A DNA stretch of 63,986 nucleotides, counting the filler, from Barthelona sp. PAP020 (Eukaryota): assembly GCA_040182905.1 (NCBI GenBank). It is 9 parts of 9 records of this genome, joined end to end, with 100 filler letters (N's around TTAATTAATTAA, not from the genome) between each part and the next. Parts side by side here need not be neighbours in the genome. Positions count along the whole stretch, not along the records: positions 7,482 to 14,781 come from JARQWU010000497.1; positions 14,882 to 22,145 come from JARQWU010000499.1; 7 more parts are not named here. The stretch is one strand, 5' to 3'. The notes beneath the pieces were generated by a model. It was given only the letters and a program-made list of their open reading frames with translations, had not been told where the DNA came from and searched no databases. A program made the translations under genes and the position numbers. Below are positions 9,803 through 21,781 of this stretch, in pieces. The stretch's first letter is position 1. Each line of letters opens with the position of its first letter.

Positions 9803-11893
9803 ATGAGTAGTTCCACGGAAAAAAAGGATTTTCGGGAATATTTTAAAAAGAAATTTGCGAACAAAGTTTATAATATTGAAATATTACGTGGTCGAAGAAT
9901 GATAATTGATTTGTTTTTTTGGATCAATGGATATTTATTTAGTATCAAAGATTCAGAAAAAGAGTGGGCAAAACAATTATTTTATGAGGGATATGTTAAT
10001 GAGAATATCATTAAAGCTTTGCATGAGTTTTTAGATTCTTTAAAACAGTATGATGTCACACCTATTTTTATCACTAGATATCATGATTATCAATCTAATG
10101 CTGCACAAGTCGAAGATAACAATAAAACAAGTATGGATATTAGTAAGTCATTTGGAAAACAGGGAGTTCAGAAGAATAATATTTTTTTTAACGAAATATT
10201 TCCTCAAAAATTGAAACAATTTTATAATATTCATCAAATTTTGCTAAGAGAATTGTATATCAAAGACGTTGATATCTTATGTTGTAAATTTAACACTCAT
10301 TCCTTACAAGCTATTGTATGTGCACAAGAAGTAGGTGTTCCATTTGTTTATGGAAATTGTTATGAGATGTTAGAATTTTGCTACACTTCTTTCGTCAGCG
10401 AAATCAATTTTGACCATGAAAAATGGACAGGAATGGACATAAATGATTATATATCTCAAACTTCCATCAGCAGAGAAAATAAAGCAACAGAACTTGTTGA
10501 TTTTGCTCAATTTTCTTCAGAAGATATGAAAGACCAGTTAAAAATGTTATTAGGCATGAGTTTTCAACGTCATGCTGATAATTTATCGAAGAAATTTGAA
10601 GTGTTTTATCAAAATCAATTTATGTCTTTTGAAGATTACAGAGATGTTGCTTTCAAAATGACTACTAAAAGTTCTTTTAATTTATTGGAAAATAATGATA
10701 AAACGAAAAAAACCACGTTAAAGAAAGAGAAAAAACAATTTTTGTATTTTATTGGTGCTTTGGATCATAAAGCAGATATATTCAGTTGTGTTGAGCAAAA
10801 AATTTTACAAACTCATTTTTATTCAAATTTACAGCGAAATTTTGATCAATTGTTTGAAGAAAAGTTTGATTTAAACAAAGTTAATTTAATTTTTCCTTTT
10901 GTTATAAAGAATCATGAATATTTATGTGAATTGGAGAATACACATCAAATTATTCGATTTTATGATAGTTTGTGTTTGTTTTCCGCAAAAACTGATGTTT
11001 CTGCTGCAAATATTACGATTCCATCAAACATAAACGAAGTTTTACATGCTACAAATGCATTATTCTTTCATAATTTAGGTTTGGTTTGTTCAGATGATTC
11101 AATTGATGATAAAACAGTTGATAAGTTTGCAAAAGTTTCAATTTTTGGAAGATATTTTGAACTTGATCAGAGAGTTAATGATAAGCACAAAGATAAGTTA
11201 TTTTCTGATCTTATACAACTCTTCTATTTACTCTTTCATGGTATTCTAACTGATTTGGAGTTAAAAGAAGAGAATATTTCTGAAATTTTCATCGAAAATC
11301 AAAAGCGAGGTGTTTGGACATTGATAAAGGTTTTAAGCCATATTCCTTGCTCAAAACAAAACATTAAGAACATTTACAATTTAAACTTGTTGCAATGGCG
11401 TGTTCTTCTAAATTACTTGGATGATTCGTTTTTCATTTTTTATGGGTGTTGCATGGCCAGATTGTATTTATTACATGTGGATGATGAGAAATCAATGCAT
11501 CTCTTTTTGGAAGCATTCAAACATTTGGAATTCAATGGGTTGAAGCAAGTGACTTTTGGACACATTTTGGCTGACATCCTTATTGGTGGTAATGATACAT
11601 ACAGAGATAAAACTAACTGGGATTGTGATCTCGAATATCTTGTTGATTTGTGGCACAGTTTTTATCAGTTAATGAGTAGATTGAATGATGATGGTGTTAT
11701 TGTTGATGATATTTGGGAGAATGTAATATGTGCAGATCGAATTTTAAAAGAAGAATTGTCAATTGATTTTTCTAAATTTGTTGATGAAAATAAAGAGAAA
11801 TTGATAAAAAAAGAAGAATTGAGTGATCAAAATTCAACCAATATGATTAATCCTCAAAGTCCATCTGTTGTTTCCCTTCCTTTTCCTTTGTAG
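9803..11893 (+). CDS. XPG/PIN-like fold protein, possibly Mkt1-like
   Basis: N-terminal IIDLFFWI and FLDSLKQYDVTPIFIT resemble the XPG-N/PIN region of Mkt1; 696 aa. Confidence 0.45.
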   Translation: MSSSTEKKDFREYFKKKFANKVYNIEILRGRRMIIDLFFWINGYLFSIKDSEKEWAKQLFYEGYVNENIIKALHEFLDSLKQYDVTPIFITRYHDYQSNAAQVEDNNKTSMDISKSFGKQGVQKNNIFFNEIFPQKLKQFYNIHQILLRELYIKDVDILCCKFNTHSLQAIVCAQEVGVPFVYGNCYEMLEFCYTSFVSEINFDHEKWTGMDINDYISQTSISRENKATELVDFAQFSSEDMKDQLKMLLGMSFQRHADNLSKKFEVFYQNQFMSFEDYRDVAFKMTTKSSFNLLENNDKTKKTTLKKEKKQFLYFIGALDHKADIFSCVEQKILQTHFYSNLQRNFDQLFEEKFDLNKVNLIFPFVIKNHEYLCELENTHQIIRFYDSLCLFSAKTDVSAANITIPSNINEVLHATNALFFHNLGLVCSDDSIDDKTVDKFAKVSIFGRYFELDQRVNDKHKDKLFSDLIQLFYLLFHGILTDLELKEENISEIFIENQKRGVWTLIKVLSHIPCSKQNIKNIYNLNLLQWRVLLNYLDDSFFIFYGCCMARLYLLHVDDEKSMHLFLEAFKHLEFNGLKQVTFGHILADILIGGNDTYRDKTNWDCDLEYLVDLWHSFYQLMSRLNDDGVIVDDIWENVICADRILKEELSIDFSKFVDENKEKLIKKEELSDQNSTNMINPQSPSVVSLPFPL

Positions 11894-12130
11894 ATTTTCC
11901 AATTTTTATAATTTTTATTTGAACCAGTGAATCCTTTTTAATTTGAAAGAAAAAAAAAGTGATCAAAAAGAATAAATTATCAAGAACTATTTCAAACATT
12001 TTTTTTTGCTTTCTTGTAAAATTTTTTTTTACAAATTTTTTTATAGATTCAAAAGAGAGATAAAAAACAACTTTCTAATATAAAATTAGAAAAATTAAAA
12101 AGGATGGCTGAAAAATAGTTTTGTAAAACA

Positions 12131-13633
12131 ATGAACAAAAAGTATCTCAGTTTGGAAATATATTTTTTTTTCCGAATTGAAAGGATGGTCATGGAAAAGA
12201 ACGATATTTATGATTCATTTAGTGCGTATATTGATCAAAATGATTTAAATGGATTAGAATTATTCATTTCAAATAATTTTGAAGAATTTGAAAATTTTTT
12301 GAAATATGTTATTGATATTGAAGATTGTGATTCATTAGGATATTTGATTAATAATAAATTGATTAAATTCTTTGAAACATTATTTTTTGAAAATAATATT
12401 GAATTAAATTTATTCATGTATGTTGTTTTGAAGAAAAAAGAAAATGTTGTTAAATTTTTGATTGAAAAAACAACTATTGATCCAAATTGCAGTGTTAATA
12501 ATTTCAACGCTTTGAAAATAGCTATTTTGAATAGAGATATTAAAATGATCGAATTTTTGTTAATCAATCAATGTTCTATTGAATTACAGATTAACAATAA
12601 AAACATGATTACTCAAATGTTTGAGGAATATTTTGATAATGGTTGTGAAGAAGATGAAGAACTTTTGAAGGAGATATTGAATTTTGAAAGTTTTGAACAA
12701 ATTACAAAGAGTGGACCTTTGATTTTTGATGAATTGTTAGATTTGAAGAAGTATTATGAGTTAAAGTTTCTATTGCAGCATTGCCCTTTAAAATTCAAAG
12801 CTGAAGATAAATATGAAGTTGAATATGTTGATCTATGTTTAGATCCTTCGATTTTTGATGAAAATACACATGGAAAATATGTGTTTGTTGCTATTAAGCA
12901 AAAGAATGAAGATTTGATTGAAAGTTTGTTAAATAATGGGGTTCAATTTAATTTTGTTAACAAACAAAGATTCAGTGTGTTACAATGGGCTACTATGCAT
13001 AACCTTAGATATGATTTATATGAAAAGATTTTAAAACAGCAGAAGGACAAAATAAACAGTTTTGAAAGATCCTTACTGACTATAGCTTGTGAAAAGGACA
13101 ACATTCCACTGGTGAAAATGCTCCTGGCAAATGGAGCACGTGTTGATAGATGTATTATTGATTGTAGTAAGACCTCAAGAAAGCAAATTCTGAAAATTTT
13201 GCTAGACCATTGTAAAATTGATAAAACTGTCGACTTTGAAAAAATTGTTAGCTATGATGGGAATACTTTGTTGCATGTTGCTGCATCAGGCTCTGATTTA
13301 AATTTAACCAAAGAATTGTTGGAAAATAATTTGATTGATGTTAATGTATTGAATAACAATGGGGAAACTGCATTATTTGCACCTGTTTTTCATGGCAAAA
13401 TGAAAATTGTTAAATATTTGGTTGAAAATGGTATTAACATCTTGGTTAAAAATCAAAAAAGAGTGAATGTCTTCGATGTTGTTTTAGAAAACGATGAAAT
13501 TAGTGATTTAGAAATGTTAGAATATTTGCTGGATAAAGATAGCAGATTGTATCTGGAAAGTGAAAAGAGTATACCTGAAAATTCATGTTTTGAGAGTTAT
13601 TTATCGAAATTCCAGAAACCATCAAAAGAATAA
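12131..13633 (+). CDS. Ankyrin-repeat protein
   Basis: GNTLLHVAA..LTKELL, GETALFAPV..GKMKIVKYLVENG, SLLTIAC..LVKMLLANGA; true start may be ATG 12185 or 12191. Confidence 0.9.
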   Translation: MNKKYLSLEIYFFFRIERMVMEKNDIYDSFSAYIDQNDLNGLELFISNNFEEFENFLKYVIDIEDCDSLGYLINNKLIKFFETLFFENNIELNLFMYVVLKKKENVVKFLIEKTTIDPNCSVNNFNALKIAILNRDIKMIEFLLINQCSIELQINNKNMITQMFEEYFDNGCEEDEELLKEILNFESFEQITKSGPLIFDELLDLKKYYELKFLLQHCPLKFKAEDKYEVEYVDLCLDPSIFDENTHGKYVFVAIKQKNEDLIESLLNNGVQFNFVNKQRFSVLQWATMHNLRYDLYEKILKQQKDKINSFERSLLTIACEKDNIPLVKMLLANGARVDRCIIDCSKTSRKQILKILLDHCKIDKTVDFEKIVSYDGNTLLHVAASGSDLNLTKELLENNLIDVNVLNNNGETALFAPVFHGKMKIVKYLVENGINILVKNQKRVNVFDVVLENDEISDLEMLEYLLDKDSRLYLESEKSIPENSCFESYLSKFQKPSKE

Positions 13634-13920
13634 CGTTAAGAAAAAAAAAGAACAATGTTGATTGCTTTGGAATTTTTGGATTTGTGTGACACTGTGAAAA
13701 CTTTTTTGTAAATGTCTTTTGTTTAATGTTTTATTTTTTATTTGTTTATTTCCAGGCTGACAAAGATTGTGCTGATTGGTGAAGAAGAAAAAAAAACTTG
13801 ATCCTGTTAAAACAACTCTTTTTTAAAGCAAACCAATCAAAGAAAACTCATCAAAGCAATTTTTAGTCAAAACTGAAGGGGAAATAGAGGGTCTAAATTT
13901 TATTTCCATGATCAAGCAAA

Positions 13921-14115
13921 ATTTTTCTCCTGGCCAAGAAGAGGTGTGCGCGTGAGTGGGTTAAAGGTTTTTGAGGCCCGATTGATCTGTTGAAACAATA
14001 GATTTTGTTTTGGTAAAAAGAATTTTTCACAAAAATTTCAAACTAGATCGTCTCAAATTTTAGCCTGTCAATTCCACCTATTGAGAGTTTTGGCTGAAAT
14101 TTGAATGAGTTTACT
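13921..14115 (-). repeat. Dispersed repeat module B, inverted diverged copy
   Basis: ggttaaaggtttttgaggcccgattgatctgttgaaa is a near-exact reverse complement of 27145-27181. Confidence 0.8.
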
Positions 14116-14304
14116 GGATTCAATTTCTTATATCAAAACAATTTCACAGCCAAACTAAAATTTAACATTTGATCATCAAGATTTAATTATAGCAGCTCAT
14201 TTCTCTTGATTGAAATTTCTCAAAATGAGTTTTTACAGTCTTTTTATGATGAATGAATTTGTTTGACAATTTTAGTCCACTTCAGAACAAAAAATATTAA
14301 TAAT

Positions 14305-14651
14305 AAATGATGTTGCCTTTATTTAATTAAATTGAAGGTTGTCACGCTAACAACATTAGAGGCTCATTGAAGAAGTGAAAAAAGTTTCTTCAATGGAAGA
14401 CAAAGAGAAAATTTGGTGAATACATATCACTGTTGCAAGTTTAATTTGTGAATTTTGTGAGTACAAATATGTCAATACCATCACTATATCAACAAATCTG
14501 CAAAAATGAATGGAAACAATGTCTTTTGTAAAATATTCGAATAAACATCATTATGACAAACTTTCATAATTGTGCGACATTTTCACAATGTTTAAATTAA
14601 TATCGTAAGTTCAATTGGCTGCATCAATTCGAAAAAGGAGATCTCAAGAAA
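14305..14651 (+). repeat. Dispersed repeat module E (about 350 bp)
   Basis: Near-identical to the reverse complement of 29687-30036 along its whole length. Confidence 0.9.
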
Positions 14652-14781
14652 GAATTAAATTATATTGTAAAGAGTTCTCCACAAACGAGTCAATCAATCA
14701 TCAAATTTCATTTTCCCGACAACTAAATTAAAATAACGCCTGATTTGAGGGATAAATATTGAATATCCAAAGAGAAATGAT

Positions 14782-14881
14782 NNNNNNNNNNNNNNNNNNN
14801 NNNNNNNNNNNNNNNNNNNNNNNNNTTAATTAATTAANNNNNNNNNNNNNNNNNNNNNNNNNNNNNNNNNNNNNNNNNNNN
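14782..14881. other. Artificial contig-joining linker
   Basis: N44-TTAATTAATTAA-N44. Confidence 0.98.
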
Positions 14882-14980
14882 AAACTCAAAGAATTCTGAA
14901 TCGGCTGACCAAAACAGCAAAGATACCATGGAGTAATTTCCCCAACCCCAGTTAGTAAATATAAATTAAAGCCTTTAATT

Positions 14981-15026
14981 TTACCCTTTCGTCCAAAGTG
15001 AATTTGCCCTTTCGTCTAACGTGAAT
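14981..15026. repeat. 23-bp imperfect tandem duplication downstream of tRNA-Lys
   Basis: ttaccctttcgtccaaagtgaat / ttgccctttcgtctaacgtgaat. Confidence 0.8.
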
Positions 15027-15081
15027 TAATGTTCGATTGCCAGACTCGATCCTCCTCCTTAAAAAGGTTTTGGAAAAACAA

Positions 15082-15155
15082 CTCCTCCCACGGGGCTCGA
15101 ACCCGCGACCGTCCGGTTAAAAGCCGGAAACTCTACCGTACTGAGCTAGAGAGGA
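15082..15155 (-). tRNA. tRNA-Lys(UUU)
   Basis: Cloverleaf: acceptor TCCTCTC/GGGAGGA, D-arm GCTC..GAGT, anticodon arm TCCGG-CT-TTT-AA-CCGGA, T-arm GCGGG-TTCGAGC-CCCGT; followed by a T-run (Pol III terminator). Confidence 0.96.
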
Positions 15156-15357
15156 CATAACATGGAATCTTATACAAAATCTATTACTTTTCAAATGGTT
15201 TTGATTTGAAAAAATTCAAAATTTTTTTCAGATAAAAATTTCAATTGAATGGGTCATAAACGATGAAAAATTCCTTCAATGAAAAAAAAACAAAAAAAAA
15301 AACAAAAAACAATTACAAACATTTTTACTTTTTTAAAAAATTGTGAGAAATTTAAAT

Positions 15358-17934
15358 TTAAGCATTGTTAAAAGCATTATCATTAGTTGGTTTCGCACCT
15401 GTGACCAAACAAAAAGCATTCAAGAAATGAGGATGTAATGAGAAACAAGATTCATGGGCTTTGATGACTAAACGACCAATATTGGCATTTTCTTTGATTG
15501 TCAAAGTGAAGAAAAACTTAACATTCTCACTGAAGGCAAAACTATAAGCCAAATCAATAATTCCATTATTAACTCTTTCAGCACAAAGATTCATTTTGCC
15601 GAAAAATTGTTCCTTAAGATCATCCAATTCAGGTATATTTTCAAAATATACAGTTCTATTATTGCTTAAAGTTGACCAGAATTTGCCGAACTCTCCTCCA
15701 GTAGAACAGTCATTTACATATTTATTGTTTAATAAATTGAAGAAAGAAGTTTTGAAATATTGTTGGTCATTGATGAATAAAACTGATTGTGCTGCAACTA
15801 ATTGTAAACCAATCTTGAAGGCCATTGCTTCTGCTGGTTTAACAGCAGCTTTGACAACTCCTTGAATCACTGGTAATTCAATCCAATTAACTCCGGCACT
15901 TAAAGTAGGAACATTTGAAGCATCAAGAACGATTCCAAAAGCATTTTCTTGTAATTTAATTCTGAGATCACTGGCAGAATTGGTTAAATTATCAACCTTT
16001 AGAATGAGTTTGGGGACAGATTCTTCTTGTTCTTCATCTAGTTCATGTACTAAAGCATAGTTAACCTTGAAATGCTCATTTTCAACGTGTTGTTCTTCAA
16101 CTAAATCTTTGTATTTAGTACCTTCAGTTTCTTCTTCATGGGTTTCAATTTCTTGAGCAATCTCATTTCTAAATACGAGTCTACGGTGTAAAGTTGCACT
16201 CAATTGTCCTAATTCAGTAATTAATATCTGCAAGACACCAGAAGAAACACCAGCACCGATATCAGATGAAATAGCTGGTTTCTTTGCTAAAACAACAGCT
16301 TTAGCAGTTTCCAAATTATCTTCAATGGATAATAATCTCCAATAAAAGAAAGCACGATCTCTAATATCAGGATTAACGTTATTTTCACTAAAGTCTTGTA
16401 ATACATCAACCAATAATTCTTCAACATCAACTTCATCTCTTAAATGCAATTTTACCAATGTTGTTAAGAATGTTAACTGCATTTTTGCTGGTTCTTCAAC
16501 AATATCTTCAGCAAAAACTCTGATAATATCTTCAGCATTTTGAATAACATCAGTGAATTCTCCAATAATCCAAAGAACAGCAATCTTTGTATCTGTCGCT
16601 TGAATTTCTCCAAGGTTTTCCAGAATACGTTCAATCAACCCTTCAAATTCATCAGGATATTTCCTAATGATTAGAACTAATTGTTGTAACACAATTTCTG
16701 TTACTTCAGGAGAACTCACTTCCTCAAATACTTTCAACATAGCTTGAACAGTATCGTTAGCCTTTTCAGGCAACTTCAACGCTAATTCACCCATTGATTC
16801 AATAACTTTTTTCACAAAAATAGCATCAATTTCCAAAGCACAATTCTTCAATTCCACTAAAATAGTTGATAAATTGTTTTCATTTGCAAATTTCACAAGA
16901 ATGCTTAACTTCTCCAATTTAATAAATACAGGATCATCATAATTGATAAAGAAAAATCTTATTGAATCCTCTCCTAATAATTTTGGATATTGTTGTAACA
17001 AGAGATTTAAATTTCTCAACACAACATATTGAATTTCAGCAGGATTATTCAATAAGGAAATAAAAGATTTACGAATTTCCATCATGACTGATTGTCTAAA
17101 TCTTCCTTCATCCTTATCATCTGAAACCTTGCGAATTTGAACCAATAAGATCTTTAAAACACCCATAACAACAGCAGAATTACGATTAGATAATAAATGG
17201 CGAATACGATCGATAAGATCTGAAGGGTTTGGGGGGTTCCATTCATATAGAGCACCTAATAACACAATTTTTCCCCATTCAGTAGCTAAATCTAAAGTTA
17301 CTAATAAAACATTGGCAATTGTATCAGTTAAAACAAATCTGTTCATTTCAATTAAAGCAGAAACTGCATTACACACAACCATATGATTTTCGTCTAAGAT
17401 TAAATCCGCCAAAATTTTATCAAACTCATTATCAATAACCATTTGAGGAGATACTTGATAAATTTTTCCAACTGCTAAAATTGCAGTTTTTTTCACATAA
17501 GGAATAGGATCTCTCAACAAATTACGTAAAATATCTGCAGAATGGTCATGTACTGTAGGTAATTTTATGCAACCCAAAGTACGAACAGCTAAAGCTTTGA
17601 TAAAAGGATTAGAATGTGATGCATCTTGTCTAATAGAATTTACAACCATTAATGCAACATCTTCCTTATCTTGACTACTATTTGCCAAATAAAGATAAAC
17701 TAATTTCTTAATTTCTACATTTTGAGTTTCAACACATGATATGATGGTAGGGGTTAATGCACTGACATCTTTTCCCATCGTCATATCAGCAATAATCTTC
17801 TTTAAAGCATTAGAACGAGCTTTATCATCTGTTCCGGTTAAGGCCATTTTTAAGTCTTCAAAATCTTCTAAAAAATTAGTTTAATTCCTTTGTTTAATAA
17901 AAAAACTTGTTGATTTCTTAGAATTTCCTGCCAT
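15358..17934 (-). CDS. AP1B1: Adaptor complex AP-1/AP-2 beta subunit (2 exons: 17934-17907, 17867-15358)
   Basis: KKIIADMTMGKDVS, EIKKLVYLYL, NPFIKALAVRTLGCI, EIQYVVLRN, NPDIRDRAFFYWRLL; splicing adds in-frame MAGNSKKSTKDFEDLK; beta1 versus beta2 not resolvable. Confidence 0.93.
17868..17906 (-). other. 39-nt spliceosomal intron in AP beta
   Basis: GTTTTT...ACTAATTTTTTAG; removal joins ATG 17934 in frame with the long ORF. Confidence 0.75.
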
Positions 17935-18061
17935 TTCACAATTATAGAGTACGTGTAAGGAAAAAAAAAAATTGATACATCAAAAAAAAATTTTTTTTTT
18001 TTAACAATGACAAAGAAAAACTTTATTTTATTGATTTATAAATATATATATGAGGAACAAA

Positions 18062-18709
18062 TTAGCAATTACAGGGTTCTTCTATTTCAGTTTTGTTAAA
18101 ATCATCATCTTCAACATACTGTAATTTAAACGTTTTACGAGACACACGAGTACTAGATACACGATCTTTAGCGCCTTTAAAAGCTCCTGTTCCTGCTTCC
18201 TGAAAGACTTCAAGAACATTGTGACCAGTACGAGCAGAAGCTTCAATAAATGTGGCACCAACACTACTAGAATATTTTTGTGCTTCTTCTATGTTAACTG
18301 AACGTTGTCGGTTGAGATCATACTTATTTCCAACAATAACAATATGGATTCCAGGAGCAAATTTTCTCAATTCTTTTACCCAAGTATCAACTCTTTGGAA
18401 AGAACGAATATCTGTCATATCATAAACAATAATTCCACCATCAGCATCTCGATAATATAAGGGTTGCATAGCTTGATATTGTTCTTGACCAGCTGTATCC
18501 CAAATTTTAACATTGACTAAAGAATTTTCGATATCAACCTTTGTTTCACGATACCACGCTTGTGATGTAGAAGGTTGGTCTGATTCAAATTGTCCTTCCA
18601 AATATTTGAGTAATAGACTCGTTTTTCCTTCATATTAGATCAATTAATATTTTAATAAAATACCTACACGTCCTTCACCCAACAATACAAGTTTAAGACT
18701 TGTGACCAT
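18062..18709 (-). CDS. RAB21: Rab21-like GTPase (2 exons: 18709-18664, 18627-18062)
   Basis: Spliced LVLLGEGRVGKTSLL; WDTAGQEQYQAMQPLYYRDA; WVKELRK; GNKYD; EASA; C-terminal CNC prenylation motif. Confidence 0.85.
18628..18663 (-). other. 36-nt spliceosomal intron in RAB21
   Basis: GTATTTTATT...TCTAATATGAAG; removal restores the P-loop GEGRVGKT. Confidence 0.92.
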
Positions 18710-19908
18710 ATAATAAAAAATTCTATGAAATTCAAACAAAATCTTTTGAATGATTTTATCCTTGAAGTGTTTTAAAACAGTTCTAACTAATGAAATAAAA
18801 CAATAAAAAAAATAATTATAACGAAATGACCGTTCTTTATGTTTGGCTAACTTGCGAAGTGCAATGAAATAATAATTGAAACAATTTAGTTTAACTAAGG
18901 AAATTAGAAAAAGAAAACAACAATATTCATCATACTTTTTGAAAACCAATTTGTTCGCAGTTTTCACGGAAACATTGACGGCAAAGATTAAGACCATACT
19001 TACGAATAAGAGCGTTCTTATGTCCACAACGACGACTAATTCAGTTAGTTATAAAATTCTACATTTTCAATAAATACCATGAACGAGATCCTTTTCCATA
19101 TCTGCGGGGGTGAGTTCTTAAAGTGACAGCCATTTAATAGGTGATATTCTTTTGACAAAAAAGTAGAAGAAAGTATGACAAATTTTTCATATTTTTTACC
19201 AAATGATTTATCTTTAAAATCATTAATTTGATGTGAAAACCTTTCATATTAGCATGAAATAATAATAGTAATCAAAATGTTTCACATTTATTGAACTTTA
19301 TGAGAAAAACCTTTATCTTTCGAAATTGTCATTTTAAGCCCGATCATATCAATTAAAATTAGTTTTTGGCGGGGTTTTCTTCTTCTTTTGATTCTCAAAT
19401 GTTTATTTGCCTCCAATATTTTTTCGAAGTGCTTTGATTGTTTTATAATATTTGAGTAAAGTTTTTGCAATTGTCAAAATGTGATTGCATTAGAATTTTC
19501 GTTTTTATCATCACATAGTTTTGTAATAAAATGAGCCATTAGTTGACTAAATGTGTGCAAATATATTGTGAGGAGAGATTTCTTTTTTTCACAACTGGAT
19601 TTTTAAGATGATTTCAAATTTTTAGTTGGTATTCTCTTTTTCATTTAAAAACGGTTGCGCATATGGATATTAAGTTAAACACTATTTTGCGATCTGAGGC
19701 TGCTTGAGTTCAACCAAAAAAAGTTTTGAAAAATTATTTTGCCTCCTTTTGTTTGACAAAATCTTCTAATCCTTGAAACCCGTTGGCCAAATATGCACCA
19801 TTCTATTTCATATACATATGGTGCTTCTTGCTTTGAAAATAAATCTGAAAACAAATGTGCAGGTCCTATAAAAATGTGTTCAAAAGTAAAAAAAATTCTT
19901 TTTTGTTT

Positions 19909-20601
19909 TTATAAACTTAACTTTTGGCTTTTATCAATCCAAGGAATTAAAGAACAATCCAAAACAATACCAAGATTATATTCTGCAACTGTTTGAATGA
20001 AATTCCATTCATTATTTCCAAAAAATCCAACTAAAGTTCCCACAATTCTCGGAACAAAATCTAAAGTGTCCTTTTTGAGTATTTCTAGTAGTTTTTGAAT
20101 GTATTTTTGATTTCGATAAAAAAAAGGGGGATACAACAAACCAAAATTTGCATCTTTTCTCAATTCAGAAAATTCACTCAAAAAAAACTGCAAATCTTCA
20201 TTGTGTTCAGAGTCTAATCGCTCAACTATACAATTATTTTTTTTGTCTGGAGCAATAATTCGGATTATGCCAGAATCAAAAATGTCTGTAAAAAAATATT
20301 TGGCATGTTCCGAATCAACAGTCAGTTTAATTGGACCAGGGCAAGAATTTTTTGGTAAATAAAGACCATTAATGAACGTAGATAAAGAAAAACTATTTCT
20401 GATTATCAAATGCGCCCTCGAATCAATAGAAATTAATTGATAAGCCCTTGATACAGGGTATTCGGTATAATAATAACGATCTCTTTCAGTTTCAGAGATG
20501 ACATTATCACCAAATATTGGAAATTCATTGCAAATAAAATGTTTTGATAAAAATATTACCGTATTTGATAAAAAATCATATGTAACTTCTTTAATATCCA
20601 T
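19909..20601 (-). CDS. Hypothetical protein
   Basis: 230-aa ATG ORF with globular composition, head-to-head with the next gene. Confidence 0.65.
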   Translation of the reverse strand: MDIKEVTYDFLSNTVIFLSKHFICNEFPIFGDNVISETERDRYYYTEYPVSRAYQLISIDSRAHLIIRNSFSLSTFINGLYLPKNSCPGPIKLTVDSEHAKYFFTDIFDSGIIRIIAPDKKNNCIVERLDSEHNEDLQFFLSEFSELRKDANFGLLYPPFFYRNQKYIQKLLEILKKDTLDFVPRIVGTLVGFFGNNEWNFIQTVAEYNLGIVLDCSLIPWIDKSQKLSL

Positions 20602-20664
20602 TGATACAAATCATAATATTGACTACAAAATGATATAAAAAAACTCAAGACATTTTTTTATTCA

Positions 20665-21540
20665 ATGTCCAAATATTATCAATCTCATTTTAAAGTTGAC
20701 ACATTTTCAAAAGAACATGAAGATTTGATATGGATTCAAATAATTGATTATTTAAAAGAGGTTAGTGATCTTTCCGAAGAGAAATATGAAACAATAACAT
20801 TATTCATTATGAACAGTTTAAAATTACGAAGAAATTTGTCATTTATGATATCTGTAACAAAAGGAATAGTTCCTAATGCAACAGAATTTTGTAGTTGGTT
20901 GTGGAAATTGTTAAATAGTTATGATTGTCCATATTTTTATAAAGATAATTATAAACCAAAGCAATTCAACACTTTTTTAAAAGGAGATTGCGACAATAAT
21001 GAAGAATCAGATTTGATGGAGCACGTTCATCATTCACCTCTTGTTGAATTTGATTATGATTTTAAAAGAGACCCCAAAACCAAAATAGACAGAGAATTTT
21101 CCAATAAAAAAATGTCTTTTCCTTTAGATAATGAGGATATCTTTGAGAAAATTCATCAGGATTTCGAACAAGAAGAAAATGAACAATTTGCATCAGACAG
21201 TAAAGAAATTGAATTCATACCGAATTTCACTAGTCTATGCATTCATCAAACAAAATGTAAGAATCCCAACTGTACGTTCAAACACTATCCTGTTCAGTGT
21301 AAATTTGATGGTAAGTGCACAAAAGTTGATTGTCCATTCTATCATGTCATACAGAATGAAGAGAAACCCTTCAATTTTGGAACAAAACCAGTTTCCAACT
21401 TTTATCTGAAGAAAGAGGCTTGTCTTAAAACTCAACACAAACGTTGTAGAGACGATGCAAAAGGATGCAAAAATTTGAACTGTTCCTTCTTGCATGTGAA
21501 TGATTGTTCTCAATTGTTGCAGCAGATTCATCATGAATAA
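20665..21540 (+). CDS. Nab2/ZC3H14-like protein (PWI-like N-terminus plus CCCH zinc fingers)
   Basis: Fingers CIHQTKCKNPNCTFKH, CKFDGKCTKVDCPFYH, CRDDAKGCKNLNCSFLH; N-terminal helix ATEFCSWLW typical of PWI-like domains. Confidence 0.7.
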   Translation: MSKYYQSHFKVDTFSKEHEDLIWIQIIDYLKEVSDLSEEKYETITLFIMNSLKLRRNLSFMISVTKGIVPNATEFCSWLWKLLNSYDCPYFYKDNYKPKQFNTFLKGDCDNNEESDLMEHVHHSPLVEFDYDFKRDPKTKIDREFSNKKMSFPLDNEDIFEKIHQDFEQEENEQFASDSKEIEFIPNFTSLCIHQTKCKNPNCTFKHYPVQCKFDGKCTKVDCPFYHVIQNEEKPFNFGTKPVSNFYLKKEACLKTQHKRCRDDAKGCKNLNCSFLHVNDCSQLLQQIHHE

Positions 21541-21781
21541 GGTATAAATGCGGTATTTGTTTATTTTATTTGAGTAAAAATATTGAGAGGAAAAGTTGAT
21601 CTCAAACAAAAACATATTTCACATAAAAAAATAATTTTATGTCTCACCAGTTTTGACTTTGAACATCAAATAATGAAAAAATGAAAAAGAATCATACAAA
21701 ACTAAAAAAAAAAGTTCAATAGTTTATATCATCGCTTAAAAAAAAACAATAAAGTTCAAAATTAAATAGAAAAACAGATGT

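Noticed and set aside
14981..15026. CRISPR-like direct repeats
   Set aside because: Only two adjacent units, no spacers, no cas genes, eukaryotic context
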